This document shows positions 56,026-64,000 of a stretch of DNA of 64,000 nucleotides, piece by piece. The first letter of the stretch is position 1. Each line of letters starts with the position of its first letter. Source of the DNA: Hormiphora californensis. Taxonomy: Eukaryota > Animalia > Ctenophora. Where the stretch lies: NCBI GenBank assembly GCA_020137815.1, contig CM035351.1, forward strand, positions 6,138,001 through 6,202,000. The letters are read 5' to 3'. Below the pieces are notes generated by a model. The model did not search any database and was not told the DNA's origin. It saw nothing but the letters and a program-made list of their open reading frames with translations. Made by a program: the position numbers and the translations under genes.

Positions 56026-59000
56026 TCACTTTAACTCAACGGACACACTAAAACTGTCTGTAAACTGCTTAAAGGTGTTCACATGAGCCCCGTCTATCAT
56101 CTCTCTGGAGAAGCGGACATGTGAACTGGCTATGTAGAACGTGTGGAAGTGGATCGAGAACATCTCCTGAGTCTGCAGGGGGTTATTGAAGTGGTTATTG
56201 AAGTGGTTAGTATTCGCGGTATCTGTCCCTGTTTGTTAGTAATTAGCAAGAATTTGTTTCTATAATTTACAGACATCTAATCTAAAACTCCGCTAAAACA
56301 GATAAATTATGTTTCAGATGAACCACACCTACCCCAAGGATATCTGAGACAGAGAAGAACTGTATCTTGATATCCCCTGATATCTGAACAGATACAGGGA
56401 AGGATATGGGATCTTCAGTTTTATATGACTCAGTGGACTCCCTCTCAAATATCTCCTCCCCATTTTGGAATATCACAAAGTAAGGCTCTGAAAAGAAGGT
56501 GTCAATAGAAAATTAATCAGTAAATTTTAGTTTCATTCAGGGGTTATTCTCCCATTTATGATGTAACATTATTTCAACTGTATCATAGTTTGACATTTCA
56601 CTTACTGCACGAGCCATCTTCATTGAATGCTGGTGAGTTAGAGAGGGTGATACTGGATAGTAACAACTGTATATCCTCTGGTCTCTCCCCTGCTATCACG
56701 CTACTCTCTATGTATTTCAGGTATCGTGTCTGGCAGGGTAGGGAGATAATACCGTTCTCTCTCTTTTGCCTGAACTGCTTTATTGCCTGCTCTGAAGTCC
56801 AGCATCTGCAAAGGTAAATCACATGGTGTTTAATGTTTTGTAATGGGGTTTGGGTCATCAGGGTTGCTATCTATCTCTATTTCATCCCTTTACGGTTACT
56901 AAGATCTCTTAGCATTGCTAATTACTCCCATGAATCACCCCAGTGTTTCATTCTATCTAATTGCACTTACATTCTAGAGTGAAGAAGATATGATGCAACA
57001 AAGAGGCCTGACACACTGGTTCCCGTTTGACAGTGCACCACCACCACATTACCATCGTCCTCTTTCAACCACTGATCCTGGAGGAACATGTGTTACCATA
57101 TAAGGAGCGGCATAATGACCTTATTTTGACATAATGACCGAATTTGGGCATGTCTTACTTACCACGAACTCGCAGAAGCTCCACAGGTGAGAGAGGCGTG
57201 CAACACTGTTGCTGGGTGTTGGGTATGAGGTGATATTGTCACCAAACATGGTACTATCATAGCTCTTCTCACACACATTCACTATCTTGTAGCTGCCCTG
57301 GGATTTACAGGAACAAGGGGTGGTGTTATAGATTGGGTTGTAAATATAGGTGTTCAGAAGACCTATCTATCAGTTCTATATCCATTACCACTGCTGTTTT
57401 ACATTTGTTAAGTAAGAGGTTATACTATTTAGTATTTACACATACCTTGTGTTTATCATCCATGAATCGTTTCAGCTCGTATACATCACTGCGTGTAGGA
57501 GGGAAGCTACACACTATGAGGTTATCACTAATGTAACTAACGTCTATCCTGTACCCCTCGTGGGACCACGATGGATGTTCTGGTAGCTCCCCAAACACTA
57601 ATACAGGTTAGAAAAGCGGGGTTAGAGATAGGGTGGGATTATAGGAATATGGGAATAGTGGGGCCAGATTTGGGTGAGTCGAGATGTCATATTTTCAAGA
57701 TCGAACAGTGATCCAACACTGACCTGATGTTTTCTTGTTCCGTGCCAGTTCACTCGTCATCTCCATGTTAAGTTTCATGGCCTCTCTAATCTTAGTCAGC
57801 CAGGTCCTCATCTCGGTCTCGGTGAGACAACTCATTTTCAGTAGAGCCTTGTTCTTATTGGTCGATGGGGTCTTCAGGATGAAGGAATACTGGAGATCCG
57901 TCTTGTCAGCGTTAATTGATAGTTTAGTACCCCACAGGGGTAGTACCTCCTTGGGCTTGTAATCCTGGAAGAGGTGTACTTCAGAGAGAAAGAAAATACA
58001 GAATCAACATCACGATAGGATACAATTTACCGATTTTAGAAACAAAAATTTGCTAGGAGTTCCACTTACAAATTCCCTGCTATAAAGATATAGAGCCCTG
58101 GCAGTCAGGACAGCCTGATAATCACCCCACTTGTGCCTCTTTCTCTCTCTCAGTAGTCGTCCCTTGTGCACCACCCCCTCCTCTAGGGGTCCTTCCTCGG
58201 GTAGAGTGCCATCACTCTGGCCCCCTCCATCACTACTCTCACTATCACTCTCAACCTTCTCCCACCTGTACCTGTCCCTTGATGTGTTAGGGTCAGACTG
58301 TGTGGAGTGTTGGTGAAGTGCTGCTGAAATTTGTGTTTATGAAGGAGTAGGTATTTCATGTTGCCCTGGTCTAGCCTCTACTGTTAACGAAATCTGGCGG
58401 TGATAGTTTATGAGAGAGGTGTCTTGTAACTATACCTTTTGTCACTACGTCTGTTTCTCTGGTACTGGGGGTTGTATTGTTTAGAGCGGGGTTTCTTTAC
58501 TCCAGCCCCCTCTTTCTTCTTCTTCACTGGTTTCACCACCTGTTTCTCAGCAGTCCATGCCTGTGTTGGACCTGACACCCTGCCAGTCTGTTGTGGGGCT
58601 GGTTTACCAGGGTTCTGTTGCTGCTGGACTTGCTCTCCACCCCTGGATTCTCCTTTACTGCCTGTTATATGAGGAGATTGAGAGGTGCTGTTAAAATCGG
58701 GGGTTGTTTTAGAGGATCAAAACACAGTTATAATCCGGCTACACCACATTACACAAACACAACACTACGATTTCTTACGTCGGTTTTTCCACTTTCGACC
58801 TAGATAGGATGACTCTAACATTTCAAAATAATTCAAAATGGCCTAATGGAACCAAAGGTGTCGGGTCTTTTCAAGTTAATATCAAATCAGTAGTCACTAG
58901 TCACTAACCTGTTGATTTGGCATCATCCTGTACCACATCTTTCTTCCCTGCCTTCTTCCTCTTCTGTCTCCTAACAGGGGGTGCTGCTTCAGTAGCTGCT

Positions 59001-59345
59001 AATAGGTGGGACTGAATCAGGGGCGACATCTCTGCCCAGTGAGCCTCTATCTGTAGTGGAAATGAGACGTTGCTGGAGCTGTGTCTAGTTAGGCATCGGG
59101 AAAACCGTCAAACCAGGATGGTCAGCTCTTGATCTACCGAACCCTCGCAGAGCACGGAAATACACGGAACAAATCAGGTGGTATAGGAATCAGAGACCAC
59201 CATTTCAATTACCTGTTGGGTGTCTGGTGTGACTGCACATGTGATGTCTCTCCACTGTGTGGCAGGTTTACACTCCATAGGGCTACATACCACGCAGGTG
59301 CAGGTGGTACTACACTTCTCGCAGATACGACGCGAGCTGTAACAC
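56026..59345 (-). CDS. PH domain + PTEN/tensin-like phosphatase domain + C2 protein (5' end uncertain; candidate ATG 59278)
   Basis: PH-like HKGRLLRERKRHKWGDYQAVLT..LYLY..PKEVLPL..ETEMRTWLTKIR; IDVSYISDNLIVCSFP, YKIVNVCEKSYD, VVVHCQTG, LPCQTRYLKY; C2 GDIKIQFF, MFSIHFHTFYI. Confidence 0.75.
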
Positions 59346-59689
59346 CTAGGTAGCAATGTTTGTTATGACTTTCCAGATGTTTGTGCCTGTTTCATTCCGG
59401 CACAAAATAATGGAAAACTCAGAACTTGGAGAAACACGGGCGTGAAATATTCGATCCCTTTGATAAGGCCATGTTAGAACGGGTTGACATTCTTGTCCGA
59501 TGCATCCATATTTCAATTTGTTAGGCAACATGGTGGAGAATTGAAACAACATTGTTTTACAATTTACTGATAGGAAATAAAAACAAGATAAAATCTACAA
59601 TTTCAGATATGGTTCTTGGCTTTTAACGCTTCATAAATCAAGGTATGGTTCTTGATGCTTCGTTGAGAGAAACTCTCATTATATCCTCT

Positions 59690-62600
59690 CTTTTCCTCCT
59701 CTCCTGCAGCCCTCTCTAACTCCTCCACCCTCCTCTCCAGCTCCTCCGCTCCCGCTGCCTCAACCAACCATCATCTCATCCTCAAATCAAACGTCAAATC
59801 GCAGTGAGGTTCTTCTCCTCCTCGTGTACGTTTCTCGGAGAGAATGTCTCCTCCGGACCCTTTTTGACTACGTCTTTCTTCCCCCCTCCTGCCACCCTCT
59901 CCTCCAACTCAGTCACCCTCCTACCTAGCTCCTCTAATTCATCCTCCCCAGCCTCCTCTATTAACCGCATCAATTCATCCACCTCCCCATCCCCTACCTT
60001 CCCAGCATCCTCCTCATCATCCTCATCCAAACCTAACATCAAACTACCGAACGCCCCGGGGACGGAGGACGCCAAACGTGGAAGCATGGTGCTTCCGTTC
60101 ACGCTGTCACCACGTTGGACCTCCTCCATCCCCTCCTTCTGTCCATCGATACCCTCCGACTCCTCCGATTCCTCCTCCTCTACCCAAACTACCAGCTCCT
60201 GCTCCTCCTCCAATACCCTCTTCTCATCTCCCGTATCCTCCCCTATCGCCCTGTACTCCAGCCTCTCCTCCTCCTTGGCCTTTTCTTCTTGAGGCGTCTC
60301 CTCCTCCTCGTTTGTGGAGTACATCCAAGGCTACTTACCTCTATGTCCGTCTTTTTCTCCTCAGCTTCTTGTAGAGAGAATCGCAAGTCCCGCCTCAGTC
60401 GCCTTTACCTCCAACCACTCCTCCTTGGTCGAGTTGGCCTTCTTCTTTTCCTCCTCGTGCGATAGCAGCTCCGGTGGCAGTTGCCAATCCTACTAAGATC
60501 AGCTTGCATTTTATCGAAAACATTCTTGCGGAGAGAGTCCTCAACAACTCCAGATCCTCCTCTACCTCCAATATCCCCTCTTCTTTATCCTCCTCGGTGG
60601 CCATTACATCCAGCCCCTCTTCTTGAGGCTTAATCTCCTCCTCCTCCTTGTGTGTGGAGTAGGTCCACCAGGCGATGGCTGCATCCAGCAGCAGCAGCTG
60701 CTAGTCCAGTTAGGACGATCTTGTTTTTAAGGCAAAACATAGTAGTTGAGCAAGGTAATATATTGATATGATTCCTCCTCCTCTACCCAAACTACCAGCC
60801 CCTGCTCCTCCTCCAACACCCTCTCCTCCTCTTCCTCGTATGTGGAGTACATCCACCATGCGATGGCTGCACCGGCAGCGACTAGTCCAGACAACTTTGA
60901 TTTTCGTAGAAAACATTCTGGGTAAGTAGAGTTGAGGAGAGTAGAGTCGATGCACGTGCAGACGGTAAATAAGTATCGGGCTTATACCTCCGCTATCTCA
61001 TCATCCTCCTCCACAACCCTTACTCCCCTTACTCCCCAAACGACAACCTCCTCCTCCCCAACCAACTTCCTCCTCCAGTCTCCTCGTCGACCTCAATTGC
61101 CAGCCCCTCCTCTTTTTCCTCTGGCTTCTCCTCGTGCTGTAACAGCCAGTATCCAATAGCTGCACCCGCAGCTGCAGCTAGTCCCAGGACACATTTATTG
61201 TTTAGTGAAAACATAGTTGATAACGAGCAAGGCAAGAGATAAAGTATAGTGCACCTCCTCCAACTCCTCCGTTGCTTCTTGATTGACTCCATGTCCGTCT
61301 TTTTCTCCTCGGCGTCTTGTAGAGGATCCTCTTTTGTGAACCCTAACATAGAAGGGCGGTCCCCGCTGCTATGGTGCATCCGGTTAATGCGATTCTGCTG
61401 TTGAACCAAGTAGAAAACATATTTGATAATTGATTGAGAGCGGGGATGTGAAACGAATTACAATCCAACAAGAGAGTAATGACTAGGATTCTGTTCTGAA
61501 GCTTCTTAGTGCTCCTTCATAAAACAAGTTATGACAACTACCAGATCGATCCTGCTTATCTCATCCTTGAATCAACAAAGTACAAAGTTTCCCGTTTCGT
61601 TCCGGTACGAACTCTTGGAAAGCTCAGAACTTGGAGAAACGCGGGCGTGAAATATTAAATCCCTTTGATAAGGCCATGTTAGAACGGGTTAATATTCTTG
61701 CCATATACATCCATTTTTTGTTAGGTGATGGTGGAAAATTGAAACAACATTCTTTTACAATTTACTGACTAAAATAAAACCAAAAGTAAGTACAATTTCA
61801 GATATGGTTCTTGGCTTTTAACGCTTCATAAATCCAGGTATTATGGTTCTTGGCTTCTTACGCTTCTTCCTCTCGACCTTTCCTTTTCTCCTCCCCAGCT
61901 CTTCAAATAGCAGTGAGGTTCTTCTCCTCGTCTTGAACGTTTCTCGGGAAGAAAGTCTCCTCCGGACCCTTTTTTACCACCTCTTTCTTCCCTCCTGTTG
62001 CCACCCTCTCCTCCAACTCAGTCACCCTCCTACCCAGTTCCTCTAATTCATCCTCCCCAGCATCCTCTACCAACCGCATCAATTCATCCACCTCCCCATC
62101 CCCTACCTTCCCAGCACCAAATTCCTTAAACATATCACCCTACTACTGAAATAAATTCAGGTAAGATCTTTTACTTTGGACTCTCCTCGGGGAGAAGTTC
62201 TCCTCTCCTGGATCGGCTTTTGTCGGCTCCCCTCTTGCAACAGCCCTCTCGAGCTCTGTCACCCTCCTACCCAGTTCCTCTAGTTCGTCCTCCCCCGCCG
62301 CCTCCACCAACCTCATTAATGCCTCCACCTGATCCTCCATCTACTCCTCCTCCTCGACCAACTTCCCCAATCACACCATCCACCCTTCACTGCCTAGTCC
62401 CCCGGGGACGGAGGACGCCAAACGTGGAAGCATAGTGCTTCCGTTCACCATGCTCCCACCTCGTTCAACCTCCTCCATCCCCTCCTCCATTGCTTTCTTG
62501 ATTGCCTCTATGTCCGTCTTTTTCTCCTCAGCTTCTTATAGAGGTTGGGGGAGAATGCCAATTATATCTCCTCTCCTGGGCCGGCTTTTGTCAGCTCCTC

Positions 62601-63500
62601 TCCTGGAACAGCCCTCTCTAACTCCACCACCCTCCTCCCTAGCTCCTCTAAATCCTCCCCGCTCCACCAACCCTCATCAATACCTCCACCTCATCCTCCA
62701 CTACCTTCAAAACCCCTATCTCCTCCTCCTCTTTCCCCATACTCCTCCTCTCTAACTCCTCCACCCTCCTTTCCAGCTCCTCCAAGTCCTCCGTTCTCGC
62801 CTCCTCCACTAGCCTCATCAATACCTCTACCTCATTCTCCTCCACAACCCCTGGCCCTACTCCCCAAACTACAGCCTCCACCTCCTCTTCCACTAAACTC
62901 CCCAATCCTGCCATCCACCCTCCACTGCCTAGTCCCCCGGGGACGGAGGACGCCAAACGTGGCATCAGGGTGCACCCTCTATGTCCGTCTTTTTCTCCTC
63001 AACTTCTTGTAGAGGATCCTCTTTTGTGAACCCTAACATAGAAGGTCGGCCCCCGCTGCGATGGTGCATCCGGTGAATGCGATTCTGCTGTTGAACAGAG
63101 TAGAAAACATAGTTGATAACTGATCGTGAGCGGGGATCTGGCGGATGTGAAACGAATTACAATGCAACAAGAGAGTAATGAATAGGATTCTGTTCTGAAA
63201 CTTCTTAGTGCTCCTTCATAAAACCAGTAATGGCAAAGTACAAAGTTTCCCGTTTCCTTCCGGTGAAATATTCTTTTTATGAGGCCATGATAGAACGGAT
63301 TGATGTTCTTTTCCGATAGTTCTTCTCCTCAGTCCTCTCCCTTTAAATCCTCCTCCGCCTCAGTCGTAGTTACCCCCAGCCACTTTCTTCTCTTCCTCCT
63401 TGTGTGTGGAGTAGGTCCACCAGGCGATGGCTGCACCAGTGGCGGCCGCCAAACCAGCTAAGAAAAGCTTGTTTTTGTAGAGTAAGAGAGTAATGAATAG
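59690..63500 (-). pseudogene. Degenerate tandem array of intronless signal-anchor + Glu-rich ORFs
   Basis: Repeated MF(S/C)..K..LxGLAAAAGAAIAWW starts and EVDELMRLVEEAGEDELEELGRRVTELEERV modules, with many frameshifts; duplicated non-coding blocks (59388-59640 with 61590-61845; 61300-61530 with 63000-63230). Confidence 0.55.
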
Positions 63501-63509
63501 GATTCTGAA

Positions 63510-64000
63510 TTTTTTTTTTTTTTGGGGGGAAAAATTATTAAAAAGGAATAACAATCAAATTTATGTCTTCTTCCTCTACAGATAGAGCAGGTTATAGTCC
63601 ACACTGTCATCAACTCGACAAGGACGCCTTCCTCGGTATCCTCTCAGACTGATGATGGTCGTCTTCAACAGGCAAAATGCTAGCCTTTGTCTGATGTATC
63701 GAATAGTATCAGCATAGGTGTTTTTGTTTCGGGTACTGAGACTTTTTGCAATTTGTTTGTACAGTCTATCCGCGTCATCACCCATTGCACCAGAAGTGGA
63801 GAATACTACAGGTGTGAAGGTGGCCTTCTCAACCTGAATTACCCGGTCCATATAGTTCCTCTTCTTTTCCTCCTCGTGTCTCCTCAACGTTTTCTCCACT
63901 GGTTTTGACCTGTTCGATGGAGCTCTTGAATTGAACACTCTGATGTCAAGGAAACATTTTTCTAAGGGATTGTCCCATATTCCAAGTGCAGCCACATCCA
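63510..64000 (-). mobile_element. 3' end of a CRE-like non-LTR retrotransposon (restriction-like endonuclease domain)
   Basis: DVAALGIW..CFLDIRVFNSRAPSN...HEEEKKRNY..FTPVVFSTSGAMG...RLAFCLLK..LRGYR; short 3' UTR and poly(A) at 63510-63523. Confidence 0.8.

Noticed and set aside
59804-63012. Ser/Pro-rich plus-strand ORFs
   Set aside because: Antisense shadows of the Glu-rich minus-strand modules.

Overview
Eukaryotic (animal) genomic DNA with short GT-AG introns and many MITEs. The dominant CAGTCGGACCCCGATTTA repeat resembles one I recall from ctenophore (Pleurobrachia-like) assemblies; this is an inference, not a search result. The first 44 kb hold a co-directional tandem array of 7 multi-exon paralogs (the first is 5'-truncated by the window edge). 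They share an almost invariant leader exon (MKKKRLLVQDQLDSKTIVDSFSRLLRR), a divergent MATH/TRAF-like beta domain, a helical middle region with a GAD(F/Y)SEG motif, a TPR domain and a C-terminal MYND zinc finger. An antisense SLC22-like transporter and a small secreted Cys-rich peptide gene interrupt the array. On the same strand, after 200-400 bp spacers, come ZNHIT3, an orphan propeller-like ORF, a 69-aa membrane micropeptide whose stop overlaps (ATGA) the start of an RNA polymerase I RPA34 homolog, and ABCF3. Every start codon in this run except RPA34's has a splice-acceptor-like AG 0-6 nt upstream, which suggests trans-spliced operons. The last 8 kb of the minus strand carry a PH + PTEN-like pseudophosphatase + C2 gene, a degenerate array of signal-anchor/acidic ORFs, and the 3' end of a CRE-like retrotransposon. 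Exon boundaries were read by eye. Several frameshifts look like single-base homopolymer assembly errors.
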